A stretch of 52,805 nucleotides of DNA, filler included, from Theionarchaea archaeon (GTDB lineage Archaea; Methanobacteriota_B; Thermococci; Methanofastidiosales; SZ-28-30), in assembly GCA_018992565.1 (NCBI GenBank). It is 3 parts of 3 records of this genome, joined end to end, with 100 filler letters (N's around TTAATTAATTAA, not from the genome) between each part and the next. Parts side by side here need not be neighbours in the genome. Positions count along the whole stretch, not along the records: positions 1 to 18,178 come from JACVGW010000057.1; positions 18,279 to 35,580 come from JACVGW010000058.1; 1 more part is not named here. The stretch is one strand, 5' to 3'. Both the position numbers and the translations under genes were made by a program. Of the stretch, positions 10,397 to 19,852 are shown piece by piece. The stretch's first letter is position 1, and each line of letters opens with the position of its first letter. The notes beneath the pieces are model-generated. The model worked only from the letters and a program-made list of their open reading frames with translations, searched no databases and had not been told where the DNA came from.

Positions 10397-10400
10397 TTAC

Positions 10401-10503
10401 GTAGCAATCTTCGGAGGTGTTACCAGGATTGCGACTCTGATTTCCAGGGGTTGGGGTTTCTCCTAACACGAGAAAAGGGTCCCAGGAAGCCCCAACCTTT
10501 TTT
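10401..10503 (+). ncRNA. candidate ~100-nt structured small RNA (sRNA-1)
   Basis: Own promoter, hairpin GCAATCT/GGATTGC, stem GGTTGGGG/CCCCAACC, T6 terminator, complementary loops GTGTTA/TAACAC; next gene has a separate TATA. Confidence 0.55.
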
Positions 10504-10541
10504 GAAAAAAGTATTTAAGATATGGAAGAGGAGAAGAACAG

Positions 10542-10955
10542 ATGAAATATATCTGGTTAGTAGCAGTATTCATCGGAATTGCAGGGATTTTTCTAGGATT
10601 CCAGCGCTATCAGGTAGACCACACAGAAGCCTTTGGAATGTATCCCTGTTTTCTGTGTTCAGCAGTGGAGCCTGAGGTTGAAGTAACGGTATTCTCTGCT
10701 GTAGACTGCCCGTCGTGCGATCTTGCGGTCCAGAGGGTACTGAGGCTCTGCAGGCTTACAGGAATTCAGTATGGGGGTACGTACTATGACGGCTCGCAGG
10801 AGGCGGGTGAAAACCTGCAGAAGCTGGGATTGGAGAAGAAAACTGATTTTCTGGTGGTGGTTTCTTACAGAGGAGCAGTCATAGGAACCAGTACCAGCAC
10901 TGACAGAGTGGAGGAGTACCTCTCCGACACCGCAAAGGAGGTGGCCCACCTGTGA
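10542..10955 (+). CDS. membrane-anchored thioredoxin-fold protein
   Basis: N-terminal TM helix, CFLC and VFSAVDCPSC motifs. Confidence 0.65.
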   Translation: MKYIWLVAVFIGIAGIFLGFQRYQVDHTEAFGMYPCFLCSAVEPEVEVTVFSAVDCPSCDLAVQRVLRLCRLTGIQYGGTYYDGSQEAGENLQKLGLEKKTDFLVVVSYRGAVIGTSTSTDRVEEYLSDTAKEVAHL

Positions 10956-12637
10956 CATACAAAGCTCCTCGTAGAATTGCCCAGATCCTGACAATTGTTG
11001 TGGTGAGTATGGGAGCTATTGGCATCACCTTGTACTATGTGGTAGTACCGTTCCTGTACACTCCTTATCAGTATTCCTCTGTCTCCGATCCACTGAGGAT
11101 ACTGCAGTTTTATCTGCTGGAGAAAGCAGTCCCCTGGTATCCCTTAGGGGTTTTGATTGTGATATTTGCCATTTTCGGCCGGTTTTTCTGTGGATGGGCC
11201 TGTCCTTTCGGATTCTTTCAGGATATTGTACATGTGTTTAGAGGCCTGGATCTTCCTACCTCAGTGCATAATATCATGACGAAGGTGAAATATGCTGTGT
11301 TGGTAGGGGTATTTGTTGCGTGTTATACCACGGGAACTCCCTATTTTGACCGGGTTAATCCGTTCAGCACATTGGTAGCAGCAATTCCCCGCATGCTTGT
11401 GGTGGGATTTGCTGTGGATACGTGGATTATTATCCGGCTTACTATTTTCTTCTTGTTGCTAGTTTCATTTCTGTTTGTGCACAGGTTCTGGTGTCGATAT
11501 TTGTGTCCAGTGGGAGCTATGGCTGCAATTTTCAACAAGATAGCTCCACTCCACCTTCAGTTTGATCCTTCACGATGCTCCAGATGTGAGGACTGCCTGG
11601 AGGTCTGTCCCACCAGAGTGAATATTTTTGAAGTGGTACGTAAGAGACCGACAGAGTGCATCTTATGCGGCGACTGCGCAGATGTGTGCCCCCAGCAGGC
11701 GCTACGGTTATCTTTTACTGAAAAGGTCGTTATAGACACATATATCTCCCCTGAAGAATCCTATGGACCTCTACATTACCCTCTCCCTCCCACACAGTAT
11801 CCACAGAGAGCGTACCCACCGGAGAGAGAGGAGAAACCTATTTCAGACGTGAGCCTGAGGAAGCTGAGGGGAATCAAGGGGAGGATCATCTACTTCTATG
11901 AAAATGAGAAAGACATTCCTGCCTACATCCAGGAGATGGAGAATCTTCCCAACATACAGAGCTGGCTGGTAAACATGCAAGAAAGCATCAATTTGGTACA
12001 GCATTATATGCTTTCAGGGCCCGCCTTGTACATTAACGGTAGGGTATATACAGGGGAGATGACAGAGGATGCCGTGGTTTCCTTCATGGTAAGAGACTAC
12101 TTTATGCTGAAAAGGCTGAACCTTGTATTTGACACCTCCCGTTGCAGGCCCTGCAAAACCAGAGATTGCATGAGTGTCTGTGAGAAAATAGATGTCACAT
12201 TTGAGTCCAGAATTGAGGTTCACCCCTTGGCTGAGATGGACTGCTTTGCCTGTGGAGAGTGTATCGTGGCCTGCAAGAGGGGAGGTGTGGGTCTGGCCTA
12301 TGGAGAGCCCAAGGTCAATTTCGAACTGAACCTTTCACATCTGGAGTCTCTTCAAGAGAAACTGCTGGAGATAGAGCCTATGACCCTGAAGGCCTTTATT
12401 GAAAGAGATTCTGTTCACTGCAACAAAGTCATTACCATGCTCGCTGCCATTGCGTTCTTATCCAGAGGAAGAATCAGTTTTGAGTTGATAGATGCATTGG
12501 AAGAGCCTGAAAGAGCAAAAATCAATGAAATCAATTTTCTGCCTACGGTTGTGGTGGGGCAGTTCAAGACTCTGGGAGTGCCCACTGAGGGTTCACTGGT
12601 GCTCTTGATAAGGAGAAACGCAAGGTGGAAGGCGTGA
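10952..12637 (+). CDS. NapH/YccM-like membrane 4Fe-4S protein fused to thioredoxin-like and extra ferredoxin domains
   Basis: GRFFCGWACPFG, RFWCRYLCPVG, CxxCxxCxxxCP twice, further Cys clusters CRPCKTRDCMSVC and CFACGECIVAC. Confidence 0.8.
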   Translation: MTYKAPRRIAQILTIVVVSMGAIGITLYYVVVPFLYTPYQYSSVSDPLRILQFYLLEKAVPWYPLGVLIVIFAIFGRFFCGWACPFGFFQDIVHVFRGLDLPTSVHNIMTKVKYAVLVGVFVACYTTGTPYFDRVNPFSTLVAAIPRMLVVGFAVDTWIIIRLTIFFLLLVSFLFVHRFWCRYLCPVGAMAAIFNKIAPLHLQFDPSRCSRCEDCLEVCPTRVNIFEVVRKRPTECILCGDCADVCPQQALRLSFTEKVVIDTYISPEESYGPLHYPLPPTQYPQRAYPPEREEKPISDVSLRKLRGIKGRIIYFYENEKDIPAYIQEMENLPNIQSWLVNMQESINLVQHYMLSGPALYINGRVYTGEMTEDAVVSFMVRDYFMLKRLNLVFDTSRCRPCKTRDCMSVCEKIDVTFESRIEVHPLAEMDCFACGECIVACKRGGVGLAYGEPKVNFELNLSHLESLQEKLLEIEPMTLKAFIERDSVHCNKVITMLAAIAFLSRGRISFELIDALEEPERAKINEINFLPTVVVGQFKTLGVPTEGSLVLLIRRNARWKA

Positions 12638-12639
12638 AA

Positions 12640-13200
12640 ATGAAAACCGTGGTAGGCATCACAGGTGCTTCAGGGGCAATCTACGGAATCAGGCTTCTGG
12701 AGGTTCTACCAGGCGAGAAGTATGTGGTCGTTACTGAAAATGGGAAGGATCTGATTGCTTGCGAGACAGGGTATTCTCTTGAGGATATCAAGAAGATGGG
12801 GACGATGTATGAAGATTGCGAACTGGACGCTCCTTTCTCATCGGGGAGCTTTCTATTTGACAGTCTAGTTGTGGTCCCGTGCTCGACCTCAACGTTGTCA
12901 AAGATTGCCTGTGGAATTGCAGATACTCTGATTACCAGGTGTGCGTCCGTGGCCCTCAAGGAACGGAGAAAAATGGTGCTGGTTCCCAGGGAAACGCCCT
13001 TGAGTACAGTCTTCCTGCAGAATATGGCGGGATTGTCCCTGCAGGGGGGTGTTATTCTGCCTGCTATGCCTGCTTTCTATCATCAGCCTCAGTCAGTGGA
13101 GGATTTGGTGGATTTCGTGGTGGGAAAAATCCTGGATCAACTGGGAGTAGAGCATCACCTATTTCAGCGATGGAGTTCTCACGTGACCACGGGAGACTGA
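12640..13200 (+). CDS. ubiX: flavin prenyltransferase
   Basis: VVGITGASGAIYG, SSGS, VPCS, LKERR, PRETP, PAMPAFY. Confidence 0.95.
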   Translation: MKTVVGITGASGAIYGIRLLEVLPGEKYVVVTENGKDLIACETGYSLEDIKKMGTMYEDCELDAPFSSGSFLFDSLVVVPCSTSTLSKIACGIADTLITRCASVALKERRKMVLVPRETPLSTVFLQNMAGLSLQGGVILPAMPAFYHQPQSVEDLVDFVVGKILDQLGVEHHLFQRWSSHVTTGD

Positions 13201-13610
13201 CGAAACAGAACCACAGCCAGGTCGAATACTGCGGGTTATGCTGGGTTGCAGCACTCAGTTAGCAATCGTGCATAATCACCGGCTCAACATAATTCGTCCT
13301 CTGGCACCGCTCGCTGTGGAATTGTCCTCTTGGAAAGAGCTGCAATGCTCTCCTGGATGGAGAACCAGAGAGCACTTCCATGTGACTACTGAGACAGCCA
13401 TATCCGACACCTTTGTGAACCATCTGGATTTCTGCCTCTAAGCCGTTTCTTTTAAAGGGATCATAACCATGATCTTGAGAGATTTATGGAAGAAAATCAT
13501 TTTTTTCTCCTTCATGGCCCCCCTTCTCTCTTTTCGGAGTGTAGCTCTCTTCTACTCCTTCTTTCTTTTCGTGTGGCAACCTTTATATAATTCAGAGGAC
13601 ACCTTCAGCC

Positions 13611-14471
13611 ATGAAGACTGCTCTCCTGATGGCTGTTCTTACTGGCCTCCTTATGGCAACAGGCTACATCGTTGGAATGGTAGTTGGCGTTGATCCCTTC
13701 ATCATGGTGACCATTGCATTTGCCCTTGCCATGGCTTTGAATTTTGTGTCGTACTGGTATTCTGACAGAATCGTACTCAGAATGTATAGAGCAGACATTG
13801 TATCGGAGAATATCGCTCCCGAGCTCTATTCCATGATCTCCGGGCTCGCGCTGAAGGCGGGGCTTCCCACCCCAAAGATCGCTATCATCAACAATGAGAC
13901 TCCCAACGCTTTTGCCACAGGGAGAAATCCAGAGAATGCCGTCGTGGCAGTAACCAGTGGTGCGCTCAGTTTGCTGCGCAGAGAGGAGTTGGAGGCAGTA
14001 CTGGCTCATGAACTGGGCCACATCAAGAACAGAGACATGTTCATTTCCACAGTTGCTGCTGTTCTTGCGGGGACTGTTGGATATCTGGGATTCATGGGGC
14101 GCATGATGCTCTGGACCAGAGGGTCACGAAGAGATTCCTCTTCACAGCTCATTGGAGTAGTTCTCCTGGCTGTTTTCATTCCTCTTGCAGCCTTGCTGAT
14201 TCGTCTGGCCATTTCACGCGGCCGTGAGTATCAGGCAGATGAAAGTGGAGCTGTTATTTCTGGAAATCCCGATGCACTGGCAGATGCTCTAATTCGTATA
14301 GAAGACGTGGTCAAACGGAAGCCGTTGAAACAGGGCAGCCCTGCTACAGCTCACCTGTTCATTGTTAATCCCTTTAAAACGGATAGTCTCATCCAGTTAC
14401 TGTCTACTCATCCAACCACGGCTTCACGAGTGAAAAAGCTGAGAGAATTGGCGCAGACTCCTTACCGGTAG
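13611..14471 (+). CDS. htpX: zinc metalloprotease HtpX (M48)
   Basis: PNAFATGRNP, LAHELGH, SRGREYQAD, STHP. Confidence 0.95.
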   Translation: MKTALLMAVLTGLLMATGYIVGMVVGVDPFIMVTIAFALAMALNFVSYWYSDRIVLRMYRADIVSENIAPELYSMISGLALKAGLPTPKIAIINNETPNAFATGRNPENAVVAVTSGALSLLRREELEAVLAHELGHIKNRDMFISTVAAVLAGTVGYLGFMGRMMLWTRGSRRDSSSQLIGVVLLAVFIPLAALLIRLAISRGREYQADESGAVISGNPDALADALIRIEDVVKRKPLKQGSPATAHLFIVNPFKTDSLIQLLSTHPTTASRVKKLRELAQTPYR

Positions 14472-14508
14472 ACCAAACCTTTATATTCATCAAATGCTAT
14501 TCTCCCCC

Positions 14509-15759
14509 ATGAAAGTCCCCTACGGCAGTAAACTCGCTTGGTACCGCCTGCCCGATGTGTCACTGGCGGACATTGTGAAAAGGGCTGTTCAGGAAAAAGT
14601 GACTGGATATATCAGGGTGACCACGGAGAAAGAGGATCTTGTGGACTTCTATATATTCCTCTCACGAGGGAATGTTGTAGGTGGGTATTCAGAATCTGGC
14701 AAGGAACAGGTTTTTGGTGATGCTTCGTATAATAGTGCATTCTATCCCTTTGACAAGGGGCTCGTTGATTTGAGAAGTCTTGAAGAGTCAGTAGTTTCCC
14801 TCTTGATGGGCAACTACCCTGAAATGACAGTGAGTACCTCTGCTATACCTGATATTCCTGAGAAGGAGAGCATACCGGAAGACACACGATACCTGGTGAT
14901 AGCAAACATGAAAATACCGCAGGGTGATCTGCTGGACTTTCGATTGGCTGTACATGTCACTGATTTCTGGGAGCTTCTTGACGACCTTGAGCAGCGTGCC
15001 CTCACGGGGTATTTCAGGGTCTTTGCAGAAGAAGATGAGGCCCCTAGAGATGGTTGTGTATTCTTCTCAGGAGGAAAGGCTGTAGGTGCTCTGTATGAAT
15101 CAGCAACGGAGTTGAAGTACGGAGATGAAGCTTTATTTAAGATCTTGTTCATATTTTCCCTGGAAAAAGGAATTATTGATTTTCATGAATTGAAATCCCT
15201 CTATCTGAAGACTGTGCTGAAGTATTCTGCCCTCGCGTTGTCGGGAACTCCTCAGGAGGTCTTCCATCGTATCGAGGAAGAGGAACTGGAAGCCATAACG
15301 AAAGTGCGCTCTTATTTTGGGATTTCAGAGGGAGATCAGATCATTTCTACCCATGTTCGAGAGCTGGCAGCCCTTGAGATTCTGCTGCGGACTCTCAAAG
15401 ACAGAGAGATTGAAGGGTATCTGGTGTTGTCTTCCCATCGAGGTGCAGGCATCATGATTGTTCAGGGAGGTCTTCCTCGGGCTGCATTCTACCAGTCAGG
15501 TGATACTGACTTGCAGGCAGGGAAAGCTCTGGAGGCATTTATGGATCAAATCCAGGAAGAAACGAATGTCAAGATATTCGCACTGCCTCGAGAAGAAGTG
15601 GAGAAAGCACTGGATCGCAAGGAAGCCTCCATCAAGGATTCAGATTCTGTGAGTGAAGCTATTGTGCATGAGCTGGGAGAGGATCTCTTTATTGAGATCC
15701 GAGAAGCTCACAGGTTCAAAGCAGAGTTTGAGAAGCGGAGGAAGAGAGTTATTGAATAA
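14509..15759 (+). CDS. protein with three tandem DUF2226-like domains
   Basis: Repeating units beginning MKVPYG / MKIPQG / FGISEG, each with a GY(I/F/L) strand and G-x-x-A-L/Y motif. Confidence 0.6.
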   Translation: MKVPYGSKLAWYRLPDVSLADIVKRAVQEKVTGYIRVTTEKEDLVDFYIFLSRGNVVGGYSESGKEQVFGDASYNSAFYPFDKGLVDLRSLEESVVSLLMGNYPEMTVSTSAIPDIPEKESIPEDTRYLVIANMKIPQGDLLDFRLAVHVTDFWELLDDLEQRALTGYFRVFAEEDEAPRDGCVFFSGGKAVGALYESATELKYGDEALFKILFIFSLEKGIIDFHELKSLYLKTVLKYSALALSGTPQEVFHRIEEEELEAITKVRSYFGISEGDQIISTHVRELAALEILLRTLKDREIEGYLVLSSHRGAGIMIVQGGLPRAAFYQSGDTDLQAGKALEAFMDQIQEETNVKIFALPREEVEKALDRKEASIKDSDSVSEAIVHELGEDLFIEIREAHRFKAEFEKRRKRVIE

Positions 15760-15795
15760 AGGCGGAGAATGAAAGCACCATCAGCACAGAAGGTT

Positions 15796-16929
15796 CTACT
15801 TGAATACGAGTTTTATCAATGGTGGCGTAATGAAGGTTGTCACCAGCACCATGGCCACTGTCAGTGAATAAACCAGCGAAGAAATAACACCAGCTGTCAA
15901 TCCCATGGACGCAATGATGAGCGCCACTTCCAGGCGAGGGACCATTCCAATGCCTACTTGCAGAGCTTCACGCAGAGAGAGTCCTCCCACAAGTGCCATG
16001 ATTCCCGATCCCAGAATCTTGCCTCCAATAGCGACTGTCACCACCAGAACTGCCATCCCGAGCATAGTGATCTCATGAAGGTCAGTATTCACGCCGATGT
16101 TGACGAAGAAAAGAGGAACAAAGAATCCATATCCCAGTGCATTGATCTTACTCTCAACAGATTCCTTTCGTGAGCTCCTGCTCATCACAATGCCAGCAAT
16201 AAAGGCACCCGTGATCCCAGCTACCTGAGCACGCTCCGCTATTGCAGCCATGAACAGAACGAAAATAATGGCTACAACAAGGGCCACTTCCTGGGTTCGC
16301 ATCCGTCCAACCCACGAATCCAGCCTATCAGAAACCCAGAACCCCGCCTTTATACTAATTATGAAGAACAGCGCCATGATGACAGTGAGCTCTAGAACCC
16401 CCAGAATAGAAAACTCCTGATCAAGTGCAACTCCTCTGACAATGGTGAACACGATAATACCAATGACGTCGTCAATGACTGCAGCTCCCAGTATGGTCAT
16501 TCCCACATTTGTGTTGAGTTTCCCGATATCCATGAGCGTTCTCACAGTAATCCCCACGCTAGTGGCGGTGAGGATTGCACCCAGGAAGAGTGAATCAGCC
16601 GTGTTCCACCCATAAGAATATCCCACTACAAAAGCAAGACAAAAAGGAACTCCCACTCCTCCCATTGCCGCCAGAAGCGAAACCAGGCCTGTCTTCTTCA
16701 TCTCGTCGAGATTCGTTTCCAGTCCTGCGAGAAACATTAGCAGGATGATGCCGATTTCTGCGATATCTTTCATCACAGGGTCTGGTGAGATGAGATGAAG
16801 AAGTGAGGGACCCACCACCAGTCCTGCCAAGAGCTCCCCCAGGACGGAAGGAAGCTTAGCTCTTTCCGCCAATTCTCCTCCAATCTTGGCCATCAACAAA
16901 AAAAGCATGATTTGAATCAGTAGTTCCAT
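15796..16929 (-). CDS. cation:proton antiporter, CPA2 (NapA/Kef-like)
   Basis: LGELLAGLVVGP, LMFLAGLET, ATSVGIT, AAVIDDV, GMVPRLEV. Confidence 0.92.
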   Translation of the reverse strand: MELLIQIMLFLLMAKIGGELAERAKLPSVLGELLAGLVVGPSLLHLISPDPVMKDIAEIGIILLMFLAGLETNLDEMKKTGLVSLLAAMGGVGVPFCLAFVVGYSYGWNTADSLFLGAILTATSVGITVRTLMDIGKLNTNVGMTILGAAVIDDVIGIIVFTIVRGVALDQEFSILGVLELTVIMALFFIISIKAGFWVSDRLDSWVGRMRTQEVALVVAIIFVLFMAAIAERAQVAGITGAFIAGIVMSRSSRKESVESKINALGYGFFVPLFFVNIGVNTDLHEITMLGMAVLVVTVAIGGKILGSGIMALVGGLSLREALQVGIGMVPRLEVALIIASMGLTAGVISSLVYSLTVAMVLVTTFITPPLIKLVFK

Positions 16930-16939
16930 GATATCACTA

Positions 16940-17452
16940 TTACATGAGTATTCTCAGGATGAGGAGCAAGTCCTTGACACCTATGAGACCAATGCACTTC
17001 CTGTTCTTGGTGACCGGCAGATGTCGTATCTTGTTGTTGCGCATGATGCGGGCTGCGTCCTCCAATTTTGCTTCAGGAGAAATGCAAATAGGATTTCGGG
17101 TCATAATATCACCAACAGTCTCTGCGCTTCTAAAAAACAGGGACTTGTACCCCAGCCCGCCAATCCCTGTATGGGGAAGGGGTTTTGAAATCAGCTTCAT
17201 CAAGTCGCTTTCCGTTACCAATCCCACAACATCTCCCTGAGCACTGACAACGGTGAAACAGGTTTCCTCCTTTTCTTTCAGCTCATGCAGGAGATCCTGA
17301 AGAGACATATCCTCTCTCACTTCATGGATATCTCTCATAATGTCTTTCACTTTCATTTTTGAAGGAAAAGCAATTTCCCTGCGAGTTTCAGCTTTCTGAG
17401 ATGTCTTCATCTCCTCGAGAGCTTCGTGCAGAAAACTCCTCTTAATAGGCAT
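16940..17452 (-). CDS. CBS domain pair protein
   Basis: VKDIM, VGLVTESDL, VGDIMTRNPI, IRHLPV; co-oriented with antiporter. Confidence 0.9.
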   Translation of the reverse strand: MPIKRSFLHEALEEMKTSQKAETRREIAFPSKMKVKDIMRDIHEVREDMSLQDLLHELKEKEETCFTVVSAQGDVVGLVTESDLMKLISKPLPHTGIGGLGYKSLFFRSAETVGDIMTRNPICISPEAKLEDAARIMRNNKIRHLPVTKNRKCIGLIGVKDLLLILRILM

Positions 17453-17621
17453 TGCTGATTCTTATTTAAAATAGACTTATAAGGTTTTCCTAGTTGTGTA
17501 GGCAGCATTCAGTAGGAGAAAGAAGTATCAGGAGAGAGCCAGCGGCCAGAAAAGACTTCCGTATCCGGCACTGATAATGCATGGCGTCCTGCAAGAAGAA
17601 TGCACAGGAAAAAGAAGGTTC

Positions 17622-18029
17622 TTAGCTGAACTCCAGAAACCTGGTTTCCACAATTTCAGGCAGAGACTTCAGTTCTCTCTCCAACTCAGGACTCGTGACA
17701 TCTGCCCTGCACATGTCCAGCATTTTCACTGACGTATAGAGACCAGGGTCATCTTCCACCATTTCACCTTCAGCGTAGATTATATTGATGTTGTGGCTCC
17801 CCAGCATAGCATCCACTTTGGCCATGGCTCCGGGGATGTTCCTCATAAGCAAATTCATTTCTACCAGTTTGACCCCTGACGATGCGAGCTTGGTGACCAC
17901 AGCTTCTCGGGATCGAGTGTCTGCTTCTATGAGGACATATGCGCCTGACTCGATTCTGAGTATTTCTGAGAGTTCTTTAGGAAGGATCAGCGATTTCCCT
18001 TTCACTTGGACAATCCAGTAATTCTTCAT
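17622..18029 (-). CDS. AbrB-like N-terminal plus ACT domain protein
   Basis: LILPKELSEILRI (AbrB-like), NIPGAMAKVDAMLGSHNINI (ACT); GAGGTG RBS. Confidence 0.7.
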   Translation of the reverse strand: MKNYWIVQVKGKSLILPKELSEILRIESGAYVLIEADTRSREAVVTKLASSGVKLVEMNLLMRNIPGAMAKVDAMLGSHNINIIYAEGEMVEDDPGLYTSVKMLDMCRADVTSPELERELKSLPEIVETRFLEFS

Positions 18030-18178
18030 AGCAACACCTCACGCTCAGATTCTGAAGACGTCTTATTAAGGTTTTTGGCTTTTCATGGTGCGTCACTTTC
18101 CACATCAGGTTGTTGACACACAGACTATCAAAGAAAAGAAATGGTTCCGCTTCCCTAAGCTCCAGGTTGGTTCATGAA

Positions 18179-18278
18179 NNNNNNNNNNNNNNNNNNNNNN
18201 NNNNNNNNNNNNNNNNNNNNNNTTAATTAATTAANNNNNNNNNNNNNNNNNNNNNNNNNNNNNNNNNNNNNNNNNNNN
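18179..18278. other. artificial contig linker (N44-TTAATTAATTAA-N44)
   Basis: six-frame stop spacer inside an N run. Confidence 0.98.
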
Positions 18279-18362
18279 TGGGAAGACAGAAACTGGGATG
18301 GATTGGTTCAGATAGATGAGGTAATGGTAATGTGTGCAAGTTGGGGGGAACATGTACCTTAA
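18279..18362 (+). CDS. 3' end of a gene cut by the contig boundary (WEDRNWDGLVQIDEVMVMCASWGEHVP*)
   Basis: open frame from contig start with DxNxDG-like motif. Confidence 0.35.
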   Translation, partial: WEDRNWDGLVQIDEVMVMCASWGEHVP

Positions 18363-18375
18363 GTAATAGATGTAA

Positions 18376-18744
18376 TTCTTAGTTGATTTTTTTCTTGATT
18401 ATGTCTTTCGGATCAAACGAAGTCAGGACAAGGAGCCTTGCGTAAGAACCAGTCATCAGGCTATTCTTGATGATCCTTACAAGATCAATGAAGTGGTAAA
18501 AAAGGCGCAAAAACTATTATATCAGCCAACATCCGGGAAGTATGGTTTTGTTTTCAAGCCTTTCCTTCGCAGGGAATGGGTGGTGATAGTCAGAGAGTAC
18601 AGTCCGGGAACAGCAATTTATGAGCTTGTAACAGCTTTCAGAGCAGATTGTGGACCCCCATATAAGATAAAGAATGTAGAGGACGATTTCCCCACGTACT
18701 ACAAAGTCATGGAGTATCTGCGCTATGAACCAGCCCCTTTCTAG
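18376..18744 (+). CDS. hypothetical, possibly orphan nuclease-toxin C-terminal domain
   Basis: Frame open from 18376 with no ATG before the C-terminal tail (GTG at 18493); helix then beta-strands ending EWVVIV...ELVTAF. Confidence 0.4.
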   Translation, partial: FLVDFFLDYVFRIKRSQDKEPCVRTSHQAILDDPYKINEVVKKAQKLLYQPTSGKYGFVFKPFLRREWVVIVREYSPGTAIYELVTAFRADCGPPYKIKNVEDDFPTYYKVMEYLRYEPAPF

Positions 18745-18852
18745 GTGTGATTTGTGATCTGGAAAATAACCAAGACTCGTGCAGTATCTTTATAGCCATG
18801 ACTGAGTATGACCAAGACAGAGAATCTATAAAGACATTCGAGAGGTAAGATA

Positions 18853-19731
18853 ATGAATCCTGTAGTTAGAAAGCTCTACTCAGAAGAGGAATTGCAGAAG
18901 AAAATTATAGAATACACGCGAAACCATGATGGTTTCAAGGCTAGGGAATTCTACCAAGGAATTATCAGTGTTACATACACTCTGGCTTTAGTTTATGAGA
19001 TCTTGGGGGATGAAAGAAGCAGCAGGTGTCTTCTGGAGAGAGCGATAGATGAATGGAACACAGATCCACGTCATCATGTTCATTCAATATACTTGAATGC
19101 CTTAAGAAAACTTGGTAGACCGGAAAAAGCTCTAGAAGAGGTTCTCAAGAATCCACGTGGATGGGGTATTGAGACTCTGGCCATTAATTACAGAATGATG
19201 GGAAGGAAGAATGAGGCGATGCTACTTTATTCAGGATTAGCTGTGCATAATTTTGAGCTTTCTGAGGCCTATGCCTCATTTTGGCGACCTCACTATCTCC
19301 AGAAAGCTTCCAACCTGTGGGAGAAAGCAGAATGCGAAGAATGGGCAAACTCATATAATATGAGAGCACTGCAGGCATGGAGTGAAGTCAAAGACACTAT
19401 AGATAGAAAGCTCCGTACCATAGAAGAAGCCTGGCTTCATGAAGAAGTTGCATACATCTATGAGAGGGCTCAGAGACTTGATGAAGCACTTCGCTACTAC
19501 AGGAAAGCCCAGGCAGAATATGAGACTGCCCACAAGAAAGAACCCGTATCTGTTCAAGCGAACTACTGTGATGGGGATGGGGATCGTTACTATGATTTCT
19601 TTTCGTGGCAGATACCGGACTTGCCCTATATCCACTTATTTCATGATTGCTACGAGGAGAATGATTTGAGAAGGATGAGATACCGCATTCTGAATCTAGA
19701 ACAAAAAACGAAATCGCGAATCTCAATTTGA
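18853..19731 (+). CDS. all-helical TPR-like hypothetical protein, paralog 1
   Basis: 292 aa, GAGGT RBS, collinear with 19853-20722. Confidence 0.8.
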   Translation: MNPVVRKLYSEEELQKKIIEYTRNHDGFKAREFYQGIISVTYTLALVYEILGDERSSRCLLERAIDEWNTDPRHHVHSIYLNALRKLGRPEKALEEVLKNPRGWGIETLAINYRMMGRKNEAMLLYSGLAVHNFELSEAYASFWRPHYLQKASNLWEKAECEEWANSYNMRALQAWSEVKDTIDRKLRTIEEAWLHEEVAYIYERAQRLDEALRYYRKAQAEYETAHKKEPVSVQANYCDGDGDRYYDFFSWQIPDLPYIHLFHDCYEENDLRRMRYRILNLEQKTKSRISI

Positions 19732-19852
19732 TTTAGATTTCAATGCTGTTTGTCCAGGCTCCACAAGGAATCATGGACTTGACGAAGTACTTATATCAAA
19801 AGGAGATGTCAATAGAAAAAGCAAAAGGCAGCAGCCTGAGTGAAGTGAAAAG

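Noticed and set aside
18179..18278. TTAATTAATTAA motif within Ns (also 35625-35636)
   Set aside because: Artificial contig-joining spacer; gene adjacency across it is meaningless
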